The position numbers were made by a program, and so were the translations under genes. The notes below the pieces were generated by a model. It was not told the DNA's origin, did no database searches, and worked only from the letters and a program-made list of their open reading frames with translations. From positions 24,366,001 through 24,430,000 of the forward strand of contig NC_135251.1 in NCBI RefSeq assembly GCF_964204865.1: a stretch of DNA of 64,000 nucleotides, read 5' to 3'. This DNA comes from Styela clava. Its lineage: Eukaryota. Positions 47,301 through 60,100 of this stretch are shown here, in pieces; positions within the stretch are counted from its first letter, which is position 1; each line of letters begins with the position of its first letter.

Positions 47301-50300
47301 CAAGAAAATAATTGCGAAAAAATATGGCAACTGTCACCGAGAAAAATGAAAAATCAGGCACTTGCGAAATATGACACGTCTCCATCAGTCACAAACGGTA
47401 TTGTATTTTACCAAAATGTTGTAAATTCAACCATACAAAGTGTATATATTTAATTTTCTGTTTTAGAGTAATCAGATACATTGTAAAATAGGTTTTGACC
47501 AAGTGCCTGAAATTTCACAAGTGCCTGATTTCTATATTTTGTAATCAATGTTGCCACATTTTACTATTGAAAAATTATTTATACCCTAATAAATTGGAAA
47601 TAATATTGTTTTATTGCAATATAGGGATGCAAAAAATTATTTAAAGTCTAATTATCTTGTCAGGTAAATTGGAAATCCCAATGACGTACGGTAAAAATAA
47701 AAAATATCAAAGTGCCTGAAATGGTGCCTGAAAAAGTGCCTGAATTCGCAAGTGCCTGGTTTTAGGGAGACCCCTGTTGGTAATTCTTTTTGATATTTCT
47801 TTATTTGTTATTTTTCATTTAAAAAAAAATGTATTTGTAACCAATTTCAGCGGCTAAAATATTTCAACTGGAAAATTAAATGCAAGTAAATCCAAGTCCA
47901 TGCTTCCGAACAATATAACTAATCCCATACCCGACTCGGAATGGTAACCGGACGAGAGGCCGTGGTTCGCCATATGGATAAGCCGTCTTATCGACTTTCC
48001 TCTCCCCCGGGATAAATATGTAAATCCTATCCTAACTGGAAAATTAAATGCAAGTGAACTTGTTAACCGTCATCATACCACACTCATTAACTCACACTCA
48101 AACATTAATAATTCCAATAATTCTTTTTTAGTCTCTGCCAGAGGAAATTTTGGAAAAGGTTTTCTTGAACCTCTCACCTTACCAAGAGTATGACAATGTT
48201 GCTTTGGTATGCAAACAGTGGAGACGAGTTATCGCAGGTGCTTGTTCGTGTTGACAATATACATGATTTGACATACGGCATAATTGTGAAGGGACCTCCA
48301 CTGTTACTAATAGAGCCCAGCTTGAGGGACATTTGATTGTGTTTTTCAAGATATAAGAATATTAAGCCATGCAATGCTGGATTAAATCGTCTTTTCAACT
48401 TTCCTCTCTCAGTGATACCGTAAATCTGTTCCTCCAGATTCTGGAATATTTAAGCCATGCAATGCTGCATTAAGTCTCTTTTCCTCTCCTCGAGATTAAT
48501 ATGTGAATCCTATTCTAAGGGTTAAATGTATTATTTCACCAGATTATTCACCCGTTTTCAAAGATCAAGTTCAGTAAAAGATAGCAACATGAATACAATG
48601 TGCTTGATTTTGCTAGAGACGGATCATGTACTAGGTTGTCATTTTTTCCTATTAATTGGGTTACCGAGAACAGAATTGTATCATTTCAACCAAGGGTCCC
48701 CCTCCCCCATTTTCCTTATTTGTTTTCAGTGTATTGAACTTGGCGTTTTTTCAGGGGTTGCAAGCCAACTGCAAAAACGTTTTGAAGAAGCTTTTAACAA
48801 TAGAAAACTCGCTTGGACAGAAGTTTGTTTGAATGTGTGAGTATTAAGAACAAAGCCTACGAATAACAAAATGTTTTAAAGTTGTCCAATCTATTATACC
48901 AGTGTTTTATGTGTGCCCCTAATCTCTAGATTTAAATCAATATCAGGGATGGCCAATATCGAATAGTTCACTATTTCGAATACATTCGAAATTATTTTTT
49001 TCGAATATGAAATTTTGAATACTTCGAAAATAAAATCCACTAATTGAAGCTTATCTAAATGTATGTAGGAATTTCCATACAATAAGCAATGGAATAACTG
49101 CTATCTAAAGTTACAACCTAGCCAAATTACCAGGCATTTCATATTTGCAGATTATTGCAGTATATATTTTATATACCATGAGTCATGTTAACAGAATTAA
49201 ATTAATACGACAATAGTGGGATCGATGATGGATTTGAATATTTGCGCAACACAAAATCATCCTAGTAAAACGCCCATACTTTTAAATACCAACAATTATC
49301 CAAATTATTTGTCAAAAAGCGGGATAAAGTATGAGGTATTTTTCCGACTTGTGACAATTTTTTCGTGAGTACAAAAATACGAATCAAAAATTAATTATAT
49401 TCGGGAACTTTACCACACATTTTAAGTCCGCAGATCGCCGTTGTATGTTTGAGTAATAATACTTTCATTATTTCATAAATATGAAAATAGGAATCAAAAA
49501 CTATTTATTATCGGGTAGTTTACCCACACATTCTAAGTCCACAGATCGCCGTTGTATTTTGTACATACGAAAATAGGAATCAAAAATTAATATTAATCGC
49601 GAGTTTGCCACACAATTTATGTCCACAGATTGCCGTGATATTGTGCCGAATATAATTAGTTTTTGATTCTTATTTTCGTACTCACGAAGTCCAATAAGTC
49701 CACATGGCAAATAGGACGATGTCTATTTTTAGCACTCAAAAAAGAGGTTTTTCCATATAGGCCTCCAATAAGACGGGTAGAAAAATTGTGTCCCTGTTGT
49801 TCAGTAATGCTGATAGGCTCTAATAATTATATAGCTTTAGAACCAGATCATGTTAGTTTGGTAGAATCATACTCACAGAATTAACTATTTTTAACAAATG
49901 AGCGGTTAATTTAAGTTGTAAAGCGGCAATCATTTTAGACAACCTATTAACCCGAATGTCGAAATAATTTTGGAATGTGATAAGTACTACACTGTACGTC
50001 CACAGGTTATTTCACAGCTGTGTTTTCCTATCCCTGTCGTGTTCTGCTGAATCGGCAAAACGAAAGGGTCACAAATCACTTTATCTCGGTGGCCGTGTTT
50101 CTCTTTAAAGTAACAATAACCAGCCTGCGATAAAATATCATGATTGGCAGACCCTAAGACCCAAATATAAGGTTACACAAATCATGCTTGGGAAGACTCA
50201 TGCGAATAATAAGCAGGTCACATAGAAATAAAATAAACATACTTTCTCAATTTTTCGACGTAATGGAAATGAATTTGTAAATTAAAAGCCACGTACACGA

Positions 50301-53300
50301 ATGTCGGCATTGTCCACCCACGCAAACGTGCAAATGTGTCGCAACACCATGCGACGTACAGTCGCACAGAATATAAACAATCAAAGTGCCGATTCTATTT
50401 CATCGTCATTACAATACGTGAGACAGCGTAAAAAGTCGTTTGAAGATTCCCGTTAAAGGAAACACCACGTTTACGGCGAAAAATGGCTACTATTCGGAAT
50501 TATTCGAAAATCAGCCGAAAAGGTATTCGAATACATTCGTATATTCGATTCGTTTTGGACAACCCTAATATATTTACTTCTCCACTTATTAACATAGGCT
50601 CTGAATACAATTGAAAATTGCAATATTTTTGTCACTTGATTTAATAATATTCATAAGGTTATCTCAATTAACTGACAAAGCATTTTTAATTTAGTGAAAA
50701 ATATCCTTATGTCTGGAGTGTTGAACAGCCACTCTTATTATTAATTAAAATTGAATTCTTAATCAATATACAACACATATCATTTCCAGGTCTCGTCATC
50801 CTGCTAATTCAAGCTTTATGTCACCAAGATTACTTCATTCTATGTGTTATAATGATGAAACAAGATCAGTATATGTGTTTGGGGGTCGGTCTGTTGGTTC
50901 CCAATCTGCTGGTTTCAATGACTTATGGCGGCTCAATATGCATACTAAACGCTGGGAAAGACCAATCATCTATGGTATAGAATTTTATTATTTCATATAT
51001 ATATATATATAGCATATTATTTCAGATATTTTAAATTTATCAGTTTACAGTTAACAAATTGCAATTGGAGAATAAATGTCCTTGACACATTTGAACGAAA
51101 TCTGAATCAAATGGGGATATAAGTGAACTAACTGTTTCCATGTATCCAATATCACGAAACATAACAATTTTCATTACTTGTTACTTTCAATCAACAGGTG
51201 ACTTTCCTCGTCCAAAGTTTGGCTGCTCACTTGAAAGTTACAAGAATGTTTTAGTGTTATACGGTGGTCGATCCATGCCTCGTTCAGCACCTTTCGTTTT
51301 GTATCATCCTGATTATTGTAGCGATGAACTCCACATCTTTGATACACATACGGTATGGTTAGACGTATTTTTATGCCATAGAGTGCACATTAGTACATAA
51401 TTGGTATTGATTTGGAAGGTTAGGAATTTCATAATTTAAATGACTTAATTATATAGTAAATATATATTATAGTTAATTATACAGTTAGTAAATTGTTAGC
51501 ATCTAGAACTAGTCCCATTTGGGTTGGGCCTAACAAATTTTCAAAATATCCAACTTGTCAGCTTTGTGCCAACTATGATATGGAGGTCTAATACATCTCA
51601 TTTATATCTAGAGTAAATGGAAACTGAAGCAGAGTATACAAGATGCCCCACCTGCCCTCTATCTGCATGGCAGCTGTATAGTAGCTAACCAATCTGAAGA
51701 TGGTGATGAATGTATGCTCATATTTGGTGGAATAAAGGAAAGAGGTGGTGGTGACAGCTCTGAGATTTGGTGCTTAGATTTACCGACATACAACTGGTGG
51801 AAACCTACCATTATCGGACCGCCACCAGAAGCAAGGTAATATCAAATTTGTGAGACAGAGACAGACATGTGTGTAGGGATGGCAATGGTTTGACTCTTCT
51901 TCGTTATTTTTACATATTCCTTCTGAATATCAGCAGCCTGGTGAAAAAAGCATTAAGTTAAACTCAACCATGATCACAATCTCAGGCTCAAGTTCCATGT
52001 CCACCGCCTCACCCAGGGTGTAGGAAATGCCGGTCTATCCAAACTATCGTAGCTATGTACTGAGCCTTGCTCAGAGTGGAATGGGTATGGATATGTCACG
52101 AAAAAATACTCTAAAATAGAAGCTCAAGAAGTGTGATAATCATCATTTGACATGCATTTGTACAATTACTTTACTATCCTAATCTCTATGGAGTTTCTAT
52201 AACAGGTTCTTATTTTCAGGCATATGCATACACAAGCTGCTTTCAGAAGCGAGTATACTTTTTCAAGCGCAGTTCTTATAGTTGGAGGAAGCACTACAGA
52301 AAATAGAATTTTGACAGATGCTTGGATTTTAACTCGATCAGGATTCAGAGAGTGGACTAGCACTTTACTGGCTATCCGGCCCGGACCACGAGATTTTTTA
52401 CCACAGATCAGTGTTTTTAAAAGAAGTGGAGTAAAGGTATTCCAGTTTTCTATTTTCAAACACAGCCTGAAGTCTCAAATTAGCGTAGATTAGGGTTGAT
52501 GGGACCTCAGGCATTCTTATCCTAGAGTTTACTTGTTATATAATGTGTAGTAACTAACTTTCATTCTGCTCCACGATAAACTGTAATACCATATAATAAT
52601 AGGTACTCCCGTAGTATATGTATCAGGTTAGAGTTAGGCCATAATTTCAGGTACAAGTACTACAGGAGTCACTTGGCTAGTCTCCGAACTCGTAATAGAA
52701 CTGAAATAGGGAAAATTGGAATAAAATTATAGCCGAACCCTCACCTGATACACATACTACGAACGTACCCAATAATATTGGTACAGCATGGCCACATATA
52801 CTCAAATGGCATTGGAAAAGTAAAACTCAACCATTTTTAATGCAAAAATTTGAGATATTTTAGTGTTGTTTGAATGGCAGAACATGTTTTTAAATGGTGA
52901 AAGCATTTTAAAAGAAGACATATACCGGTATATGATCATGTTTTATGTTGCATACATGCTATGAGGTACTTCTATGGGTCACGTTGATTAATATAATGTC
53001 TTGAAGCACGCATGTTCGCCACACCTGCATTTGAACGTATTCTAAGTGAGAGTTCATGAGGTCTTTTTTCCATTTGGGTTCAACTCTGGTCTGAAGACGC
53101 CGATTCAGTTTAGCATTATTACTTAGATTCGGATGAGTTCGGGTTTCTTTTTGTCATTCTCATTGAGAGATTTATTTCTAGGTTGGACAAAACCTGATTT
53201 TCTTTGGTTCTACTCCTTCAAATAAAGCATCATGTAAAAGAAAATCGATCAGAAGATTTTATCCGTATGAGGATCAAGGCAAGTTGAACAGATTTTATTT

Positions 53301-53704
53301 CAAAGTATCTCGTTATTACTATTGACTGTCATTTGTATTTCTTTTTTTTTTCAGAAATACAATCGGTATTAAATGGGGAATGTAACAACATTTTAGAACG
53401 ACATCGTAACCCTTTATGCGTTTACATCTTGGACTTGAGCAGAACTATATCAGATAATATTTTAACTTGGAAAACATCCCTGTCGGAAAATGACAATAAT
53501 GTGGACTGCAATATGCTGGGTCCGGATAAACCAAACTATCATTTAGCAGTTGTTGCAAGGGGAGAGATAGTCGTTCACGGAGATTTTCCTCTTGAAAATC
53601 CACAAGTTATCGAGCGAACCTTCAGACAGAGTCACAATTTTTTAAACGGAATGGGAAGTAATAAATGGACACCTCTTTATTTTTTATCTGCGAATATCAC
53701 ATAA
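41314..53704 (+). CDS. FBXO42: F-box/Kelch-repeat protein FBXO42. Exons 41314-41331 (tentative), 48132-48237, 48755-48836, 50790-50974, 51198-51352, 51612-51835, 52220-52436, 53182-53278, 53355-53704
   Basis: F-box [30 protein letters not shown]; Kelch blades [48 protein letters not shown]; C-terminal YILDLS and GEIVVHG. The first micro-exon MKPTIE is inferred from a strong gag|gtaagt donor in the matching phase. Confidence 0.85.
41801..44420. repeat. Tandem array of about six 418-425-bp units in the left arm of the foldback element
   Basis: Anchor agtgcctg recurs at 41801, 42226, 42650, 43068, 43492, 43910 and 44329. Confidence 0.93.
44863..44981. mobile_element. Small palindromic MITE; a relative is at ~52602-52770
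   Basis: ggcgctcccgtagta...tactacgggagcacc here; ggtactcccgtagtat...atactacgaacgtacc in an FBXO42 intron. Confidence 0.7.
47888..48033 (+). mobile_element. 5'-truncated SINE/LINE-like retro-insertion
   Basis: 22-bp flanking direct repeat aactggaaaattaaatgcaagt (47866-47887, 48034-48055) and a 3' ATCCT ATCCT tail. Related fragments are at ~205-265 and ~48470-48516. Confidence 0.7.
48944..50567. mobile_element. Older hAT-like element with internal degenerate ~120-bp repeats
   Basis: Ends cagggatggccaa/ttggacaacccta, TTCGAA-rich subtermini, repeats at ~49375-49700. TSD not clear. Confidence 0.55.
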
Positions 53705-53974
53705 TATATCTTATCTTTTTACCTTTTTATTGATTTTATTTGAGAATGTAATAAATTATTGGCCCCCTTTGTTTCTGTGGTTAAATTCAATAGTGAAGCT
53801 GCATGCCAGAAAAGAGCAACTTGCATCAAATATATATTCAAAGCTGACGGCTATGTATAGCTTCTTCTGTGTAGGCGGAGCAATCGCTCCGGTAGAAAAC
53901 AACTGCTCCTCCTACCTTATATCATTGGAATGACATGACCTGACCAGACTTCCAAGAGCATAATGTGCAGCGTG

Positions 53975-54945
53975 CAGGGCTGTCCAAGCGAACCAAATAT
54001 TCGAAACGCTAAGAGGAAACCACATCTGCAAGACGTCTTTTCTTGGGCAAGCGGCGGCGCTTCGAGTTTAGACTACTCTCGCTCCCGGCTTAATTGGTTT
54101 CCCAATATATCTCTCGCCTTCATTTTGTGATAAACATGTCATTCTTAATGCCCGCCCGGTGGCACGAGATTAGCCATTTCATGCATGGTCATCATAACTT
54201 AAAAGTTATCGGTAATGACGTTTTTGAGAGAGAACAAGGAGAAAAAAAGCAATTTAGAAAACGATAGTTCTATAAATAGAATCGAGCTGAAGCTGTTAAG
54301 TTAGTTATCATAGGGACTTGGTACAGGCAACTCAAAGCTGAAACAGGTCTTTTGGGATCCTTATGATGGCAATACTGTATTATCCATCTACCGGTATATA
54401 CCAAGACAAATAATTGCACTCTTGAATTTTGATGGCTGTTTTACAATAACAATATTATAGTCATCAAATTAGCTTCGAATTTGTTAAATGCAATTTTGAA
54501 TTTGAGCAACAGTTTTATCTATATTAATGGTTGTTATTATTTTGCTGAAAATTACACAAAAAAACATAACCCTAGTGAATAGGATTAAAATAGCATCTAC
54601 AGGCTTTACATGTCATATTAAAACTGAATCCATTAGAATTGAGATTGCAATTTTTGAATTGTGCAATTTTTACTCTTAACACGCAACAGTTTTCGAGACC
54701 CAAATTTTGGAGTCCTCCAATTATTTTGACCAGTTCATACAAGCGTGTGACTCCTTTCATAAATCTGAAACATTGTATTGCAAAATACCAGCAGTAAGTA
54801 AGATGTACCTGCACATACGTCACCACAACATCGAAGGGCAGGCGTTTATTGTGTAATAGAGACAGATTTAGGATTGCGCAATAATATTCGATTATTCGGT
54901 TCGATACGGCGAAATCATAAAACTATTCCATTTTGGACAGCCCTA
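53975..54945. mobile_element. hAT-like element between the convergent FBXO42 and RFC5 3' ends
   Basis: Ends cagggctgtccaa/ttggacagcccta; TSD not recognisable. Confidence 0.55.
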
Positions 54946-55212
54946 GTCAATTATTCTGTGCATTTGAGTACCACTTCCTGACTATTTGCTACCCAGGCCA
55001 ATGTTTCCACGTAAAAAAATATGCGATAACAAATAACTTGTAATTGTGTACAAGTGTATGCAAGGCAGAAATGATTTAAGACCTCGAGTTGCTTCTGCAC
55101 ACTATTACTAGTTTCTCCTCTTCAAATAATTTTTACCTTGCGAGGATGGCGAAATTGCAGAATCATCATTTCAGCATGGTGAACAGGGAAGAGCTTTGAA
55201 TGAGTTCGATAT

Positions 55213-56809
55213 TTAGTTCACTTCTTTTGCAGTCATATTTTTAGCTTGTTGGAATGTTGCCAAGAGAGCCGTTGTTTGTATTTTTTCACTTGCCCCTGCA
55301 GCCAACCTGTATTCAATGTCTGCCATCTTGTCCAAAATATGGATTTTCACATTTGTAGGAAAATCTATCCGATGCACAAAACTATGCATTTCTGTTAAAA
55401 TATCTTGTAACGCTATTCCCTTTTCTTTTTTAAGAACCGATAAATTCCGATATGCAACTGAAAATTCTTTATTCAGCATCCATTCTAGCATATCTTCGAT
55501 GTCGCTGCGCTTCGGTTGCCCTGTACATGTATAAATGGTGTCTTCCGAAACAATATCATGGGCCATTGAAGTACTTTGTAAAATGTTTAAGGCCCGCCTC
55601 ATATCACCAAATGACAATGCTAAAAGTGCCTTCATGCCATCTTCAGTGATATCAAGGTTTTCAGCATCAGCGACATGTTGTACTCGTGGCACCATTTGAT
55701 CAGTAGTCAACGGTCCAAAACGAAACCTTGTACATCTAGATTGCAATGCAGGAATTATCTGGAAAATAGAATAATATTACCACATTTGACTTACGGTAAT
55801 TGTTTTTGATCAAAAAATGCAAAAAAAACCTTGGTCAGATAGTTGCAAATGAGACAGAATCGAGTGTTGGCAGTGAACTTTTCCATGACTCTTCTTAATG
55901 CATTTTGTGCATCTTTCGTCATTGCATCAGCTTCATCGAGAATAATCAGTTTGAATCCCTTGTTGAATATGGTTCTTGTACTAGCAAAACTGAGAACCTG
56001 AAATAATTTATTAAATATTTTTTAATGAAAGTGAATCTATATTATTAATGTGTTTATATTGCAGTCATTGCCTGGTGTATATTTCAAGTTTAGTGACATA
56101 TTTTTGCTGTTACGGTGTTGATAATATTATCACTACTGCACTATGTTATGCTTTTAACATATTTATTGCGAAAAAAGGGAAATACCGAACAATATCATCA
56201 CCAAATACTCAAATATGACTTTGGCGTCAGTCAATACAATACCATGCTGCCATCTGTTTATACTGTTATAATAGTTTGGGGAAAGAAATATGAGGCTCAA
56301 AGCTGTCAATAATGCTGCTTTTGTATTTCTTTATTGCAGTATTGAGAAATCAAGTTGAAAAGAATCCAAATCAGAGTATATTACCCAAAAATTGTCAAGT
56401 TCGTATGAGATAAACATTTCTGTATAAACAGCAATTTTGCGAACCGACTATAAGTGCATTGTCATACCCAAAGTTGAGATCAAACTAACATATCTAGAAA
56501 TATAAAAATGGGCACCTTTTCCCTCACTACTCCAATTCCTCTATCGTCAGATGCATTCAATTCCAGCACCATTGAATTAAATTCCTTTTTTGAATAAAGC
56601 TGCTTGGCACATGCCAAAATTGTAGATGTTTTTCCGGTTCCTGGAGGACCATAAAACAAAAGATGAGGCAAACGATTTTCATCCATGAATTTCCCGATTG
56701 TTTTTAGAATGTCTTCATGAGAAATTAAATCTTCCAAACGTTGTGGCCTGTACTTTTCCACCCAAGGCAGATTGGGAGACGCAGGGGTAACCCCAGAGTC
56801 CACCCCCAT
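55213..56809 (-). CDS. RFC5: Replication factor C subunit 5. Exons 56809-56516, 55997-55830, 55758-55213
   Basis: [81 protein letters not shown]. Confidence 0.96.
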
Positions 56810-56893
56810 CTCGTTATTCTGCTTTTTGGCTACAAAAAATCGAAAAACATTAACTTTCAGCTCAATGCAACTTCCTCGCGCGGTGTTATTTGC

Positions 56894-56901
56894 TCACGTG
56901 A
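56894..56901. promoter_or_regulatory. TCACGTGA palindromic E-box (CLEAR-like) in the RFC5/ATG14 divergent promoter
   Basis: Motif lies in the 350-bp interval between the two start codons. Confidence 0.45.
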
Positions 56902-57159
56902 TCAGTTGACCGATGGATGAAAAATAGGCTTATCTTTTATTAGGTTTTGCTTGTGTTGTACGTTTGTTAATGACTCATTTATTTATATATAGTATTTTTT
57001 TATTTGAATATAAGTCATAAATATTGCGTATACACTAAATTGGTTTAGATCTATCGAAGAAATCATTCAAGCGTAGATCATTTTCTTTGTTTTGGTTCCT
57101 TTCTGATGCTCCACTAGGGCAAAATATTTTTTGGCATATCGTATGAGGTCTGGTTTTTG

Positions 57160-60100
57160 ATGGAGGATTTACATGAAAATAGTAATAATTGTCAAAATGT
57201 TAAAACGGAAAAGATCTTGCCACGTGTTATAAAAATAGAAGAAACAAATTGTTCAATATGTAGACGCGTAAGGAAGTTTTATTCATGTCGACAATGCAGA
57301 GAAGTAGATGGACATATGAGTTTCTTAACTCAAGAAATTCCTTCATCGCCAACTGGAAAGGAAAAACGGTTTCCTGGTTTTATATCAGGGTAGGTTTTGT
57401 TTACAAATATGTTTATACAGTATCTTTATATTTTTCAATATTACGTATCGCAGTTTGTGCTGTTTCCTAATTGACTTTATTTTGAAAAATCCAGATAAAA
57501 AATTATACAGAAAATCATGGCTTCAGAACATAATAACTCACTCACATTCATTTGAAGTGATAGAAAATAAAGAACTTCATTTCAAAGAACTTTTAACTTC
57601 GTGTCTTAATATTATTGGGTCTAGTCGAATTTGATACAATTCAACCGTTACTAAACCTATTGACATTTTCAAGATATATCTCTAGTAGGACATAGGAATG
57701 TTGTTAAATTAAATCACTGCCAATTCGGGTCAATGCCATCCAAAAATTACGTCACTTCGACGTCACCATCACTTCATAGGAGTTGCCGAAGTATAATTAC
57801 GATCGGCCGAAATGGCATCTGCGCCGCCGATAAGAACTTGCTAAAGCCGGCGATCTCTCTCCTATTGTGATCGTTGCGACGAGAAAACGAGAGAAATAGC
57901 TTGCTCGATTTCGGGTTATCGTCTGCGCGTTTTGGGCGACCATTGATACTTCGTTGGGCCTTATTACGCCACTGTGACGTCGGAATGACGTAATTTTTCG
58001 GTGACGTAGTCAGGTGGTGGTTAGGATTGACATATGCAAAAATTGTTGAACCAGGCCAACTTGAAGTGGATGTGGTACTAAACTATACCAGACCCGCCAA
58101 TTCTTTGTCTAATTTCAGACTGGCGAAATTTCAAGTTTCAGAATTGAAGAAGAAACGTGTTACATTGAGCGAAAAAGAAAAATTGTAAGAAAGTTTATGT
58201 TAAGAAAGTTTTATGTTATGTTCTGATGTTATTTTTGTTCTAAAATAGATATTGAGATAATTCAGATTTGTGAAAATCTGGTTGGTAGCAGTTATAAAAA
58301 AAACTCAACTATCTTCATCTGTCAATGCAAATATACTATAATTATTATACATATAATGAATCACCCATGTCTGATTTATATCTGTTTATATACTCCATTT
58401 TAGTCTAAAATGCTGCTGAAACAAGATGGAAGTATGTATCAGTTTGCTAAATTCTCGTTGTTGAAATGATTGCTGTAAAAAATCACTTTTTCAGACACTG
58501 ATAAACCTATCAAAATTTAGGTATTCACAGTCACAGATGGAGGAAGTTTTTAGAAAGCTATTGCTTTTTTTTAAATTTTTTTTTTTTCGACTTTCATGGG
58601 ACCTGATATTTCATCAAAAGCTTGTTGATTTAGTTTAATCGAAAGGAAATACTTTTTATTCATATTGCTCGACCTGCTCCATATTGATTGACACGCCGAT
58701 CTCGTTGGTGTCCTCGGGCCTTTTCTTGTGACATTTGTTAAATACATTTTAGTAATCAATTTTATTTCTACAGAGTTATAGAAGCCACTGAGACTCTCAG
58801 TCAAAGACAAAAATTGGTACAGTGTAAATTAACTTTTTTTGCACATAAAAAAATAAAAAAACAGACTTAACAACACTATTTCAATTTTTCCAGAGGGCAG
58901 ATATAATCGAGACAAAACTGAGAATAGAAACGTTAAAGAAGATGCGTAGAATCCAAATTGAAGGGATGAAAAAACTAGAAATGGAAAAGAAATCAGTTGA
59001 ATCAACGGTTGATCAACTGCACAGAAGATCTAAGAGAACCCAACTGAAAAAATCAAAAATCACTGATTACATGAATACCAAGAAGGTTAGATTAGATTTT
59101 GATAAAACAGGGCACTTAGATATCCTGCGAAGGGGGGAATCTTCTGCTTTTCTAATGTCAAGATGTAGAAAATATTGAACCGTCTAATATTTAATTTTAT
59201 TATATTTCATTTAATGTGGTATATTTTGTTTGTCGATTCAACTTATTGCAAGTGCTGAGTGCTGACTAAATTTTGTCTTGCTTTGAATGCTCATAGTAGA
59301 TCAATCAATCAGAGACGATCTGTAAAAAATTTACTTTCCATTTATTGATATTGCAACGTTATTACGTTATTATCAATCACAAGGTTCATGTAGAAAGTTT
59401 TGTCACTTTGTACTTTTTTCATCGGAATGTTTGTAGGGGGGGAATGAAAAAAATCGAAATTACTAAACTGCTTATCAATCATTTTTCAGTATGTTGTGGA
59501 AAAGGTTCATACATCACTACAGAAACAGAGTAAAGAACTTGAAATCATTGGCAAACAACAAATACAAGATCTTGTGACTCATATTTTTCCAATTGTTGGA
59601 ATATCACAAGATGAAACATTTGATAGGTAAGATTGTGTCAGGGATTCATATTTCTGAGTTTATTTTCATTTAGTCTCCACTCGTAATCACTTTGGAAAAT
59701 ATTCAAAATTTATCCCAATCGGGTAGGGAATCCCGATCTGGAATGATTTTAGTCGTTCCAAAAATAGTGAGTTCCCACAGAATGTTAGATATCAGTGGAC
59801 TTTGTTTGGAGCAAAATAATGTTTGCGTCATGTAAACAAGCATGATAGCATTATTATAGTGTTTTATTGTACTGATGTATAATTCATTACTAGATTGTAA
59901 AAATTTTAAAGAGAAAAATTTGTAGCCCTGTTTAATTAATTATTTGAGTCTCAATTAGGATCTTTCTTGAAGATTATCTAATTTCGTTTCTACTATATTT
60001 TTTGAACATTTAAGTTATGCTATCATTTCAAAAGATTACCGACCGTATTATTATCGTTTATTTAGGATATAAGTCTCCTATATTATAGTTTGCTTTTCTC

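Larger units (their letters stand above)
41389..47773. mobile_element. Foldback/MULE-like element (6.4 kb) with kilobase-scale, internally repetitive inverted arms
   Basis: Ends GGGTCTCCCTAAAACCAGGCAC and GTGCCTGGTTTTAGGGAGACCC with a perfect 9-bp TSD ctgttggta. Left arm runs to ~44440, right arm from ~46470, and no transposase is recognisable in the spacer. Confidence 0.9.
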
